NCBI RefSeq assembly: GCF_006345805.1
Contig: NC_043009.1
Coordinates: 39,928,001 to 39,992,000 of the forward strand
Reading direction: 5' to 3'
Length of the DNA stretch: 64,000 bases
From: Octopus sinensis
Lineage: Eukaryota
Positions 1 to 13,180 of the stretch are shown piece after piece. The translations under genes were made by a program, and so were the position numbers. Below the pieces are notes generated by a model, which was not told the DNA's origin, ran no database searches, and saw only the letters and a list, made by a program, of their open reading frames with translations. How positions within the stretch are numbered: the first letter of the stretch is position 1; every line of letters begins with the position of its first letter.

Positions 1-252
1 AATTGACATCTAATTGACATATTTCGGAATTGAAGCAGTTTTCTTGGCTCTGAATATATATACTTGGTAACTTCCGGAAGCCATCACCGTTGGTAATTTG
101 ATTTAGTTATTCTTTCACATTATTATTTGTTTGTTATTTATATGTGGCTACTAACGCAGAATAAAGATAAAAAATCTCCTCTCGGGATATTCATGTTCTA
201 GTAACATTAGTGCGATGTTGGTAAGTAAATCTACAACCGAGCATAGCTAGAA

Positions 253-322
253 CTTTATTCTTAAGACTTTATTCTTAAGACTTTATCCTTAAGACTTCAT
301 TCTTAACATTTTATTCTTAAGA
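253..322. repeat. 14-bp minisatellite, 5 copies
   Basis: Unit CTTTATTCTTAAGA repeated five times with single substitutions. Confidence 0.9.
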
Positions 323-1829
323 CTGCCCCCTCCCTTCAACAGCTGCTGAGACTACAAGGGAAACTCGTAATAGTGTATTGCTTCGACATCTCAGACACTG
401 CTTCTACTACGTACACTGGCATATTGGATCACATTCAGAGAGGGAGCACTTGGTTTATTGGCACTTCACTTCTAGTAGATACACGTTAGCTTCTGGTCTA
501 ACGGTGTGCTGTGTCGATTCTCTCTCTTTTCCGTAGCCTTCTCTCCCTAAGAGGTAGCTGGTATCTTATCCCTTCCCCTCAGACAACCCATTTCATACCT
601 CTCTTCACGTCTCGGCACTCCTGGTGCATCCAACTATGCTTCTCCTAGATAACAAGAGTACATAGTAAAAAAACAAAGACTTTGTTTTTATGGTAAGTGA
701 AATTTCACAAATTATTTGCATGCAAAAGCAACGTCGTTTCAATTATGTTACCAGTATTCAAATGTGGGTAGCACTTGTATTGTAGATAGTTCACAACTTT
801 GATATTTTTTTGAAGATCATTAAAGACTCTGAGGCGTTTGCATTGAATCCAGAGTTTATCCTCTGTTTCCTTCTGTAGTGTTTAAATTATTGTGCCACAA
901 CTGGCGAAAAGAACGCATGTCGTGGTTTAGGTTTATTAGTCAAGAACAACAGAAGAATAACAGAAGAGTATTAGAGAAGTTAGTGGAATATAGTTGAACA
1001 ATGGACAAGTGGTTGAAAAATTAATGTCAGTGACTGTTTGTTTTTGATAAGATAGATAGCGTCATCATTTCTTTTTTTTTGCCTGTGCTCTTGATTAAAC
1101 ACGTTCTCTGTGTCACACTGATGTAAACATCGTAAATACAATAGCTTTCTACTAAACTTATATATCTTCTTGTGTATATAAGAAATATTTGTTTGTCTAC
1201 TGTCAGTTGCAGTTGTAGAAGCTTATCTCCTCATGAGCCGTTCCTATGTTTGAAATATCTCTAAGAAGACATGTAAAAGACAAAAAGAGAAAAAAAAAGA
1301 ATACACCTGCGCGCAGGCGCGTGTGCATGGAGAGTGTATGAGAAGAAGAGAGTGAGTGAGTGAGTGAGAGAGTGAAAGAGGGAGGGAGAGAGAGAGAGAG
1401 AGAAGATATATAAATGAAGCTAAGCTTCAATAACAGCCGCACGACTGGGAACAAAGACTGACTTTATGGCTTCAAACTTTGGCCCAAGTTCAACAAATGT
1501 TATGGGGAGGAGGTTAGTCGATACCAAGCGTTCAACTGCGACTTGTTTTTGTTAACCGTAAAGGAGAAAAGACAATGGCGCCCTCAATAAATTTTGAACT
1601 CGGAACGAAAAGAACCTGAAGAAATGACGTGAGGAATTAAGATGCCCCCTTAATTCATTAATACGGAGGAGCATCTGTAGCTAGTTTAAAGAAAATGGTG
1701 GATGGATTATTATTGTCTTAGCGGATATTTAGTTTGAAATTCCAATCCACTTCAGGTTCTTCGTTGTATGTTTCGGCACATAACGCTGTATAATCTTGAA
1801 ATACTATGTAATGTCTATGTATAATTTTT

Positions 1830-2200
1830 GTGGAGGCGCGTGACGTAGTGGTTAGGGGTGTCAGCATTATGATCGTAAGATTGTGGTTTTGATTCCTGGA
1901 CCGGGCGAAGCGTTGTGTTCTTGAGCAAGACACTTCATTTCACGTTGCTCCAGTCCACTCAGCTGGCAAAAATGAGTAACACTGCGATGGACCGGCGTCC
2001 CGTCCAGCTGGGGAGCACATACTCCATTGAAACCGGGCAACAGATCCCATGATCCTGACTAGGCTTTAAAAGGGCGCATTTATTTTTTTCTGCGATAGAC
2101 TAGCGTCCTGTCTAGCTGGGGTGGGGACACACACACATACATCACTGAAACCGGGCTCATGAGCCTGGCTAGGCTTGAAAAGGGCGCATAAATAAATAAA
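1830..2200 (+). mobile_element. tRNA-headed SINE (family S3) plus partial tandem 3' duplicate
   Basis: Head GTGGAGGCGCGTGACGTAGTGGTTAGG with B-box-like TTTGATTCC; body TTGAGCAAGACACTTCATTTCACGTTGCTCCAGTCCACTCAGCTGG is shared with 41535-41760; 3' part repeated at ~2088-2200. Confidence 0.8.
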
Positions 2201-2241
2201 AGATGTATAATTTTTATCTACTCTGTATATTTTTATACATG

Positions 2242-2462
2242 TACGCGGGGTGTTGAAAATTTCCTAACTTTGGGTAAAAGAAAACACAAGAGAGTCAGTT
2301 AATTATGATTTTATTCAACACATTCTCCTCTCAGATTCACACAGTTATTGCAGCGGTCCTTCAGCTTTCCTAAGTGCTGTAAACGGACTGAGAAGATTGA
2401 ACTTCCAGCCAGGTCTTTTGCGATACCCTTAAAGCCAGGAGCTTTTCAGCACCCCCTCCCAT
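2242..2462. mobile_element. mariner-type MITE
   Basis: Left end TA-CGCGGGGTGTTGAAAATTTCCT and right end AGGAGCTTTTCAGCACCCCCTCCC form imperfect terminal inverted repeats; no ORF. Confidence 0.75.
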
Positions 2463-5359
2463 ATGTTGTTGCTATATTAGCAGACATCTCAGTTGCAAAA
2501 ACAGAGTCCAATTCGTAGCATATCGCAGATTCGATCTACGGATCTCCGGGTTGTGGGTCCAACGCGATTTCACTCAACAAAATTTTATGAAATGTATAAT
2601 GCATAATTTCTTTTATTGTCTGTTCTGGGTGATATTACTTCTATTACATCATTCGTCGTATATCATTTATTTATTCATTTAATATTTATTTATTTATTTC
2701 TATGCATTGGACTGTGTCAAATGTACGAAATATATTAACTACACAGTACACACTGCAATACTGGGATGTTAATTTACTTAGTGAAAGGCGACATTTCACT
2801 CTGCCGATAATCCGAGAGTCACCTTTGACAAACCACATGCACAGATCTACGCTTTATAAATTTGCCATTTTCAGATCAGCTAGAGGCAAGTCAATTTTAT
2901 AAATGTTTCCCCAACGAAGCGTAGCAAGCGAGCTTGTTAGTATTTTATTGATCTAAAACTAAAATGAAAGGTCATCACTGGCTCAGGTTTTTGAGTGGAT
3001 TTGTGAACTAGAAGAGACGATATTACATTAAACGTAATAAATTCTCTGCCTACAGTTCTCTAGTGCAAATCCAACCGAGTTCAACTTTATGTTTTAGAAT
3101 TAGTTTCATGTTAATGTACTTTCACTTTCAGTTTCCTGACGTGTGTGCCATACATATTTGATTATATAAAGTTTGAAACTCATATCATGTGTGGGATGTA
3201 TAATATAGCTAAAAATATGACTTAAGGACGGTTCAAAGGATGACATATTTAGTTTGTTAATATTGACCTTTTAAAACTCTCTTGTAATGGCAATGCTAAA
3301 ACAAAGCATTGGTTATATATTTGGTTTACGATGCAAAATTAACAGGGTTGCATTTAAAAAAAAAAAAGTCATTTGGTTTCCTGTAACAACTACGATCAGC
3401 AATACTCCTGACTCTGCGTGTGGGTGTATATACGAATGTGTGTGTGAGTGAATCTGTAGATCAGGTTATAGGAACAACAAAAGCAACAAAAAGAAAAAAG
3501 AACAAAAAAGACAGAAAGCAAAAGAAAATATTTGACTCATTTCGCAAAAACTAGAGATTCTTTTCGGGGCTGTAAAACACCCTCGACCCACACATCAGCA
3601 ACGGCTAAACCTTTATACAGCACAGATAAACAGATAACCCCCACAGCAGAGTATTGCTTGAAACTGAGATGATACTGCTGCTACACTTAGAAACATATCA
3701 AACCATGTCATACACGCACACACACACACACACACGTACACATGCATACACACACACACATACACACACACATGCACACGCACACAAAGTGAGCCATCTG
3801 ACATTGGTAAGAAATCACTCAATAATATACACTAAAACAAAACCCTGGTCAAAAGACCAGTTGTATCCACTCTCTGTTTTTTACAGTAACTACAACGGTA
3901 TCTGCTCCTTTCAAAAATTAGTCACATATCACCTGCAATAAAGCATTTGTAGCTCACTTATCTCTTCTACTATCATCACCATATATTGCCCTTCCACCGT
4001 TTCGTTTCCCACACTGTAGTAACCATTTTGCTCAATCCTTCCGCAACTGAACATCGTCTTTAAAAAAAATTAACTCAAAGCCTATGATTTTCTTTCCAGT
4101 AACCAAAAAAAAAAAAAAAAAAAAAAAAAAATGCAGCTGCTTAAAATGAACATTAACTATAGCAATATTGTCGGTCTCTGAAAGCCAGCGGAGGGTAATG
4201 GGTCACTGAACTTTTTATCCAGACCGAAGCAATAAAAAGGGGGAAAAAAAACACACACAAACGATAAAGGAATAACAAATATAAAGAAAATAGTCGTAAC
4301 TAAAACTATTGAAACATGTTGAATAAATCAACCATTTATGGGAGCAGCCAGTCGAAGAGGTCCTTGAAAAAATTATGGGCACAATTTTACATTCTTGAAA
4401 TAAAGGATAAAAATAAATAGATAAATAAATGAATAAATGAATAAAAAGCAGTTTGTAAGAGAAGAGAAGACACAAGTTATTGCTCGGCATACAAACAGTT
4501 AAGTGTGCAGCCCACTGCATCGTACAAGCGAGTTAAAACTAACGTGATCACCAAATAAATGAATTGGTCATGTTCGCAAGTTAAATGAGAAAACTAAATT
4601 TCAACAACAATATGAGATAAGCAGCATGGACCACTGCGTAAAACCGTATCCCTAAGCTACGAGCTAAATACGTTCATGAATTAATGTTAGTAGCTATGCT
4701 TATTTTCTGCCAGTCGCTCGTTCGTGAAATTAGATAAGGCAATATCAGATAATTTTTGGATTGGATTAACATTACCTTAGGGAAACTAAAACAAAACTAA
4801 TCTGAAATCTTGTTGCAGCTGTTACTTTAGCAAAATCTATGTCTTCTCGACACATGCGCTCCACACAGTCTAAAATTCATACGTACACACACACATGTAA
4901 TAATACATATATTCGTTTATACGTGCGTGCGTGCGTATATGTGAGTATGTGTATAACGACAGAGACATATTTGTACGCACATATGCTCTACTAAGAAACA
5001 AACGAGCATACAAAACGAAATTCCTGATACGGATATAACGCCTCAGGTGTGCAAAAACTAAGAAATAAGAATGTGCGGCGTTCATGCAGTTCTCAAAATG
5101 CTCGGAGGTGTTGATTAAAACATGTGGTTTCTATTGCTGGAAGCATACTCAGACTTCCGTCGAGTGTTTCTTCTCGCGCACATATTTGATACAAAGAACA
5201 CAAAGAATACATACATACATACACAATACATACGCACGTACGTACATACATACATATATGTACGCAGGCATATATACATATGTGTGTGTATGTGTATGTG
5301 TTTGCGTGTGTTTATGTGCGTGCGTATGTATAACTGTTTGTTTCTATGTATACTTTTCT

Positions 5360-5518
5360 AGTCTAAGCACAAGGCCAGGAATTTTTTTGGGGGGACCAGT
5401 CGATTAGATCAACCTCAGTACGCAACTGGTACTTAATTTATCGACCCCGAAAGGATGAAAGGCAAAGTCGACCTCGGCGGAATTTGAACTCAGAACGTAA
5501 CAGCAGACGAAATACGGC
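5360..5518 (-). mobile_element. SINE family S2, partial
   Basis: Contains CTGGTACTTAATTTATCGACCCCGAAAGGATGAAAGGCAAAGTCGACCTCGGCGGAATTTGAACTCAG, seen many times in the window. Confidence 0.85.
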
Positions 5519-5522
5519 TTTC

Positions 5523-6011
5523 TCATCTTATACGTGGACTACAGAATGTTTTCATGCACTACCTGCTTGATAAGAAACTCAGACACTTCAGTATCCGTGG
5601 CGATGATCCTGATTGACTTGGAGGGATAGTTGTCAATCATGGCATCGGTCTCACCAACAAATTCAGGAATTCTTTTCTCATCAGAACAATCAGAGTGAGT
5701 TTTCCGAGCTGCCGTACCTTCGTAATCACCATTAGACTCATCCAACTCATTCCGAATCCTCTGCACTGTCCTCAGACTGACATCCAATCAATCTGAGATG
5801 TTCGAATTAGAGCTTCCGATACGAATGCAAAGCAGTACAGCATGTCGTTTCCAAATTTGTGACAGAGTGAATTGCGTCATGTTGCTGTTTTTCTAGCAGA
5901 TGGTGCCCAACTGACCCTACAATACCGTGTAGTTGACAAACTCAGAAACAAACAATGCGAATGCGTGGAATAAAAAATATGAAATGGCAACAATTTACAC
6001 ATTGCACCCTG
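5523..6011 (-). mobile_element. Tc1/mariner (maT/DD37D-like) transposon, 5' fragment
   Basis: End TA|CAGGGTGCAATGTG at 6011. Reading from ATG 5880: MTQFTLSQIWKRHAVLL..*LDVSLRTVQRIRNELDESNGDYEGTAARK..PEFVGE..MIDNYPSKSIR..VSEFLIKQVVHE (transposase HTH region, one stop). Truncated by the S2 SINE. Confidence 0.75.
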
Positions 6012-6051
<40 letters not shown>

Positions 6052-6053
6052 TG

Positions 6054-6085
<32 letters not shown>

Positions 6086-6779
6086 TGTGTGTGTATGCAT
6101 ATATACCTAAGCATATGCATTTACATATACACATAAATATAAGCATATGTATATGCGTATATATATATACACATGCATATACACGTACGTGTGTGTGTGA
6201 TTGTGTCTATGTATACACATCACATATGTATGCATGAAGCTGTGTGATTTTGTGGTTAGTGTGTTTGATTTGCAGCCATAGGTTCCAGGACTGCATTCCC
6301 GAACCAGGCAGCATGTTGTGTCTCTGAGTAGAAAAAAAAACACCACATGTCACATTTCCTCATACTTTTGAGCTTAAATTAGTACCACACCTCACTTGCA
6401 ACATTATTCACAACCTATGTATTCAGCTGGATCAAGTGCCGGGTGTGCTAAGCCGGTGTCTATGTCCGCTTCCGACTACATAGTCCGCTACAATTATTAC
6501 CAAAAGCATGGTAAACCTTACGAAGTTATATTTGTTAGATCGAGGCATGTCAGAGTGCTGGGTAGAATGCCTTCTGGGATCAACATTTTTTTTTCATCAT
6601 TTCGATGTCAATACATAAAGTGACCAGTCTAGTACTTCTCGTATCGCTCTTTGTTCTCTCTTTTAATCTTCCAAGCGATCGGTTACGTTTAGACTTAAGA
6701 GGCATGAGTTCCGCCATGCCGAAAATACTTAGTACACGCTGTTTGTTACGACAGTGCTCCTACAACTATATCAAAGATT

Positions 6780-7117
6780 GACGACGAAGGGAAACACATA
6801 TATACGTACATAAATTGTTGTTTATTCCTTCTCGAGCCATGCTCATAAGGGCCGGTTTCCCGGTTTCCTTGGCGTATAGGTTCCCCACCTGCAAAGAACG
6901 CCGGTCCGTCGCAGGTGAGCTGCAAGATGCAGGAGGAAAGAGCGAGAGAAAGTTTTGGCGAAAGAGTCAGCAGAACTTTCGCCATTACCTTCTGCCGGAG
7001 CCGCGTGGAGCTTAGGTGTTTCGCTCATAAACACACACATCGCCCGGTCTGAGATTCGAAACCGTAATCCGTCGACCGCGAGTCCGCTACTCTAACCACT
7101 AGGCCATGTGCCTCCAC
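6780..7117 (-). mobile_element. tRNA-headed SINE (family S4)
   Basis: Minus-strand head GTGGAGGCACATGGCCTAGTGGTTAGAG..GGTTTCGAATCTC; body CCACGCGGCTCCGGCAG shared with 23725, 25250 and 61770. Confidence 0.8.
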
Positions 7118-7431
7118 TACGTACATAAATTCATGCACATATATACATACGAGTTCGCCCGTTGGAGGGACGAGGTCAATCCAGTCATCGTTAAGCATGA
7201 TTGAATACTTGCACTGTGACTTTATTTAAATTGAAAATGAGTGGCTCACAGCCAACATCACTTTCTCATCCTTGAGTAAATTCAATCTAATGGCAAGGCC
7301 AGATCAAGACGGCTGGGGAGGGAAACGGATGCCGCGGATGACCAACATGTCTTACTCCATCATGATTTCTGTACTTCATTATGCCTTATTGCAGCCGTGA
7401 TCATCATCCGGGAACAGCCGGGTCGGGGCGA

Positions 7432-7472
7432 TCCCATTGAAGAGGCTAGGGCAAAAAAAGCCGAAACTGGGA
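7432..7472 (+). ncRNA. Inactivated hammerhead copy
   Basis: Same stems I and II as 7775-7827, but core UUGAAGA and a 13-nt deletion (TGACCGATCAGTC) removing stem III and the cleavage site. Confidence 0.8.
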
Positions 7473-7774
7473 ATATCTCGACCGCTGCATTTTGGGCGGT
7501 TACGGTCTCTGTCAGCATGTATGAATACAATTGTATGCTTCGACAGCAGAATTGCAGTGTTTAGCTCTTATTTCTAGCAATATATGAGTTTCTAACACCC
7601 TCAGTCATATTTAATGACCGTTATTGTTTTTCTTTTTTGTACACATTGCTTACTATTGCCTATATTAATTATTTGTATACACATTAGAAATTTGCTAAAT
7701 CATCCATAGATTTCTATGGTGTGGACATATATGCTGGCAGTAATCCTCGTCCGGGAACAGCTGAGTCGGACCGA

Positions 7775-7827
7775 TCCCACTGAAGAGGCTACGGCAAAAA
7801 TGCCGAAACTGACCGATCAGTCTGGGA
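7775..7827 (+). ncRNA. Type I hammerhead ribozyme, canonical
   Basis: Stem I UCCCA/UGGGA; core CUGAAGA 7780-7786; stem II GGC/GCC; GAAA 7805-7808; stem III ACUGA-CCGA-UCAGU; GUC triplet 7820-7822. Confidence 0.9.
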
Positions 7828-8111
7828 AGATCTCGAACGCTGCTTTCCGGGCGATTACGGTCTCTGTCAGCATGTACGTATGCAATTATATGCTTTGACT
7901 GCTGCATTACAGCGTTTAGCTTTTATTTCTAGCAATCTAGGTGTTTCTAACACGCTCAGTCATGTTTACACACACAAAAAAAAAACAAAAACACACACAC
8001 ACACACACACACACACAAGAGAAGTAAATAGACACCCTTATAAGCGCTAACATTTATTTAAATCTGAAATTACGCATTCAAATTATTTATTAATTGTTAT
8101 GATGTGAATAT

Positions 8112-8720
8112 TTAATATTTAGAAGACATGCCCTTTGCTTTTCTCAGTGCAAGGACTCTATTAGGCATGTTAATGATCAAAAGACGAATTTTCCCTTGAG
8201 GAATTTCTTGTCAAGTTTCATGCGGTAGTCTCAAAAGATTTGGCTTTGAAGATGCTTTCTTGTCCTTTGTATGAAGTGTCCTGTCCTTTATGCCTTAGAG
8301 GTCTTTAATATGGTTCATATATGATGACTGGCTTGGCCATGGAATCTTTTTAATGCCATTCTCATCCAAGAAATCTTCGGTCATTTTAACCATGTGACAA
8401 GGAGCCCTTTCTTCCATAAATAATCTTCTTTAATCATTTCACCACTGGAGAAGATTTGAAGGAGTCCTTTCTGCAGGATGGACATATATTTATCTGAGTT
8501 CATGTTTCCCTCACACCCCAGACCATCACAGAATAACTGCCATATTTCATTGTTGGCTGCAATCTTTTCACGTCAAATTCTTGATCACAGATTCTCCAGA
8601 CCCACACTCGACCGCTGTCAGAAAATATAGTTAAATCTGGACTCAGTGGAGAATTTGACAATGTCCCAAAATGCTAGTGGCCACTCCACCACCTCACTGG
8701 CCCAATTTTTTCTCCGCTTG
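8112..8720 (-). pseudogene. Tc1-like (DD34E) transposase remnant
   Basis: Minus-strand translation has degenerate Tc1 motifs: MNSDKYMSILQKGLLQ, APCH, WPSQSSYMNHI (cf. WPAQSPDLNPIE) and C-terminal KAKGMSSKY*; frameshifts and stops. Confidence 0.8.
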
Positions 8721-9179
8721 ATGTTGGCTAGTCAAAGAAGTGGCTTCCTTCTTGTTGCTCTACGATAGTAACCAGTTTGTGGAGATATCTAACAGCTGTT
8801 CTGGGACTGACATCAACGAGTTATGCTATGCCAGAGGCCTTGCAACGATGATTATCCTCCACATTTCAAAGAGATGGGGGGGGGGCATTCACAGAGCCCT
8901 GGTCATCCTGGGCGTGGTGATGCAGACGCCTTCCCCTCTCTGGTGAATTGCACAATCACACTATTAATTACAGAAAACGGGATCCCAAGGTTTACTGCGA
9001 TTTTACGCTATATACCCACAATATAACCTCTTTCAAGAGTTTCAAGGACTCTTTTATATTTGGCATGATTAAACAGTCCCATATAGAAACTGATACAGGG
9101 AAATGTAAATTAATAAAAAATATAAACCATTACAAATTAGAATAAACATAAAACGATGGGATAATATATATATATATAG

Positions 9180-9240
<61 letters not shown>

Positions 9241-9244
<4 letters not shown>

Positions 9245-9352
9245 TAATCCAAACAAGAAAACAAAAAGACAACAACGCGAGGATGTGGAACAAATAAAGT
9301 ATTATTGGACGCTCAGGAAAGAAGGGAAGAAGGAGGGTATGACGTTTCGAGC
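9241..9352 (-). mobile_element. (TA)n-embedded repeat, truncated copy of the 43701-43900 family
   Basis: GTTAATCCAAACAAGAAA..GTATTATTGGACGCTCAGGAAAGAAGG..ACGTTTCGAGC matches 43701-43812; flanked by (TA)n on both sides. Confidence 0.85.
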
Positions 9353-9396
9353 ATATATATATTATGTATATATATTTATATATACATAATATATAT

Positions 9397-9491
<95 letters not shown>

Positions 9492-10290
9492 ATTAAATAT
9501 ATGTACATAGACACATATATTTAAGATATATATATATATATATAATATACATACACAAATACAATCAAACACTCTCTCTTTCTCTCCCACACACAATATA
9601 TACTTCTTTCATCGGCACACGCACGGCTGAAATTCACGCGTACGAAGTGCGCGTACAAACAGCGATGTGCTGGGATATGCATTCGAAACCTGACAATTAG
9701 TATAACCATTAGCTTTTTAATGAGCTTGAAAGCCACAGCTATATTAACTAATACCTGTACATGGACAACATCTAAGATATCTATATAAAAGGAAAATATG
9801 GTTTGTACATTATATCCATCACTTGCTTGCTCAAATGCAAAATCAAAAGCAAATACTAAATTCAATGTGTTTTACAAATGTTTACAGTCTATGTTGGGTT
9901 AAAGGACCGCATTTTTATTCCGATGACATCTACATAAGCTTCCTCTACTACGGTTAATAAGACAAGTCTATCATTCAGTCTCACTAATATTACAAAGTGT
10001 TTCTCTTTCATCTGTGCCAGTATCTCTACGTTCCATTCAGAACAGGGCTATTGACCCTAAGCCAGGTTCATCCGCCATCTTGATAGCTGAGTATTTTGCA
10101 ATCTTCTTCTGGCTAGACTGTATCAGTAAGAAGGCGGTTGCTGGTTTAGTCGTCGATAATCTGACCATCCATATTTAGTTGCATATGATTACATTCTCGC
10201 AGTAGCATGAATCTCCTGACTCGCAGACGCATACAGTCGCAGATACACACGCAAACACCTGGAGACTTAGTATACATATATGCTTATATT

Positions 10291-10327
<37 letters not shown>

Positions 10328-10404
10328 ATGTGTGTGTGAGTGTGTTTGTGTATGTGTTTGAACATATGTATATCTGCAGGTAGGTATGTATACATAGACG
10401 TGTA

Positions 10405-10463
<59 letters not shown>

Positions 10464-10464
10464 A

Positions 10465-10503
<39 letters not shown>

Positions 10504-11460
10504 ATATCTATATATATATATATATATTTATAGACATACATGCATACATATATATACATGCACACACGCATCTATTATTTTTAATGTTCATTGAATTATA
10601 TATATGTATATATATATACATACATACATACACACACATACACATATATATACATATGCAATTTAATCGATTAGTTGTTTGCATTCTATTTAATTTTGTT
10701 TGAATTGATATTTGTTTGAAAAATATAGAATAACTAACAATGCCCCGAAGCTGATTAGCGACTAGTTAGTGATGCTGTTGATAAAATTTGTCATTATCAT
10801 CTTAAACCTAATTAGTGTAATTATTAGCCGTCCTCCCGTGCAATGATGATTCTCCAGGCAAAGAATAATATATGTAGGAAGTAGGAAGAGGGAATTAGCG
10901 AGAGAAAAGTAAGAAACGGGGAGACCCACTTATATAAAGACAATAGTCGTGAGCTAAAGGACAGGAAGCGAAATAACTAGAAGAAGAATAGAATTTGTGT
11001 AGAAGCACGAGAAAAGTTTGGAGGAGAAGAATAAGAATATATTTTCATTTAATGTTTTTCAGTCTTCAAGAAATGTTATTTAAGCAAGAACTAAATACAG
11101 ATTGTGTTTCTGCTACCAAAATATAAAGTTAATACATACTGTTACGAAGTACAACAATATGGCAGTAAAATCACGACTACATCCTGCACGAATTATTTAT
11201 AGTGTTTTTGTGTCCTTATGTATTTCTATTCTCCCTTCGGATGATATTTATTCATCCCATGTGTTACGCTTGCGATACAAGAGATACTTAAAAGTCTTTT
11301 GGAGCAAACATTTCATTGCAGATGCCATGTGTAATCAGCTTTGAATCATCATGGCATTTTATGGACCCTTAACGCCTTTTCTGCTAATTAATGGTGACGC
11401 AACCACAAATATACTGCATTTATGTTTGTCGAAGTTGATTCGCTGTCTGACTGTTTTTAG

Positions 11461-11500
11461 GACGACGTCTACGACAATATTACTACCAATGAACAGGGAG
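11461..11500 (+). CDS. Candidate exon of an unidentified spliced gene (DDVYDNITTNEQG)
   Basis: Acceptor CTGACTGTTTTTAG|, donor GAG|GTAAGC; 40 bp, phase 0 to 1, compatible with the exon at 14672. Confidence 0.45.
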
Positions 11501-11759
11501 GTAAGCGTAGTCCCATTGCTGCTACTGTACTGAGGACAAGAAATACTAAAACAACTTGCAGTTCTGAAAACGTGAAACGTAAAATAACAAGATCTATAGA
11601 ATTAGAATGTTAATGCAAGAATTGCTATATATCTCTGTTGAGACCAAGATTGTAAGATTGAATAAAATCGAGGAACTTTACTAAGTGCTGGAGTTCGGTT
11701 TATCAGAAATAAGCGACACTGAAGAAAAAAGAAAACTGATTACAGGTATCTCCAAGACT

Positions 11760-12215
11760 TCTCACTCATTCACTCATTCAAACGCATACTCACTCACTCA
11801 CTCACTCGATCACACACTCACTAACTCACTCACTCACTCACTCACTCACTCACTCACTCACTCACTCACTCACACACTCACTTGCTCACTCGTTCACTCA
11901 ATCTCTCACTCTCTCACCTACTCACTCACTCATTCACTCAAATACTCACTCACATACTCACTCACTCACTCACTCACTCACTCACTCACACACTCATTCA
12001 CTCACTCACTCGCTCACTCACTCAATCTCTCACTCTCTCTCCCACTCACTCACTCACTCATTCACTCAAATACTCACTCACATACTCACTCATTAACTCA
12101 CTCATTCACTCACTCACTCACTCAATCACTCACTCGCTCGCTCACTCAATCTCTCACTCTCTCACTCACTCACACACTCACTCACTCACTCTTACATCAA
12201 CTCACTCACTCTCTC
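11760..12215. repeat. Degenerate (ACTC)n microsatellite
   Basis: About 450 bp of CACT/CTCA units; source of the LTHS-repeat ORFs. Confidence 0.95.
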
Positions 12216-12282
12216 TTTCTCGAGCCGTGTGTATACATACTTACATACGTACATACATACATACATACATACATACATACAG

Positions 12283-12488
12283 GAGTGGTGGTGTGGTAAG
12301 TGGCTTACTTACCAACCACATGGTTCCGGGTTCAGTCCCACTGCGTAGCACCATGGTCTTGTGTCTTCTTCTATAACCTGGGCCGACCAAAGCCTTGTAA
12401 GTGGATTTGGTAGACGGAAACTGAAAGAAGCGCGTTGTATGTATATACATATGTGTGTATGTGTGCGTGTGTGCATATATGTAGTTAT

Positions 12489-12522
<34 letters not shown>

Positions 12523-12670
12523 TGTATGTATGTATGTATGTATATATGCGTTTCTGTTTGTCCCACCAACATCGCTTGACAACCAATGCCGGTGTGTTTA
12601 CGTCCCCGCAATTTAGCGGCAGAGTAAGTACTAGACTTACAAAGAATAAGTCCTGGGGTCGAATTGCTTT
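12283..12670 (+). mobile_element. SINE family S1 (tRNA head, internal microsatellite)
   Basis: TGTGGTAAG..GGTTCAGTCCC head, GGATTTGGTAGACGGAAACTGAAAGAAG, internal (TGTA)n, AAGAATAAGTCCTGGGGTCGA tail. Confidence 0.85.
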
Positions 12671-12679
12671 AAATCTACG

Positions 12680-13180
12680 ACAGTTTCAGGAAATTTTGTA
12701 TGCATGACCCTCGCCACTTCAGAAGGGTCAGTACATAACCATCTATCATTTCTTCTGTTAACTTTTTGATCTTGGTCGAAGTTTTTCACGTTTGAGAAAA
12801 AAACAAATCAAATCAGCTGAATTTTTCAGATTGTTTAAGAACCTTTTAGATCTGATGTTGTGATTTTCTTTTGCATTTGCTGACAAATTGACCTTTCATC
12901 ATCCTATAATACCTATATTTGATGTCTTCGTGAACAACATTTCTGACCGTTCCTTCTGTCACATGGAGATCTTTTGCAATTGATGGAGATCTTTTGAGAT
13001 CAATGGTCTGTTTAACTTGCTGAATAAATTCAGGTATTTTGATGATTTCAGAGTATTTAGAATGCGTTTTATGCTTTGATACTGGTGATACGTTTCCATC
13101 TTCAGTCTCTGGCTCCTTACAAACTTTGTAGACGAAAGATCTGGCAATTTTTCAAAATCGAGATATTTTGATATTTTGAG
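12680..13180 (-). pseudogene. maT/DD37D-like Tc1/mariner transposase fragment
   Basis: Minus strand reads PEFIQQVKQTID..SIAKDLHVTEGTVRNVVHEDIKYRYYRMMKGQF..KNFDQDQKVNRRNDRWLCTDPSEVARVMHTKFP; homologous to the 5.5-kb element. Confidence 0.7.

Larger units (their letters stand above)
7356..7968 (+). repeat. ~345-bp direct tandem repeat carrying hammerhead motifs (retrozyme-like or PLE terminal-repeat-like)
   Basis: CCGGGAACAG at 7408 and 7751 (period 343). Units align through TTACGGTCTCTGTCAGCATGTA and TATTTCTAGCAAT..TTTCTAACAC.CTCAGTCAT. Unit 2 ends at an A/(CA)n tract. Confidence 0.9.

Noticed and set aside
1718-1800. Minus-strand peptide DYTALCAETYNEEPEVDWNFKLNIR* as a terminal exon
   Set aside because: Weak acceptor, no partner exons found and no recognisable family.
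11351-11393. Signal-peptide-like start MAFYGPLTPFLLING as the first exon of the candidate gene
   Set aside because: Splicing to 11461 in phase 1 reaches a TGA within the next exon, and the donor is weak.
13088-13112. Minus-strand CUGAAGA-UG-GAAAC-GUA
   Set aside because: No stem II, only 2 bp of stem I, and it lies within the transposase fossil; likely chance.
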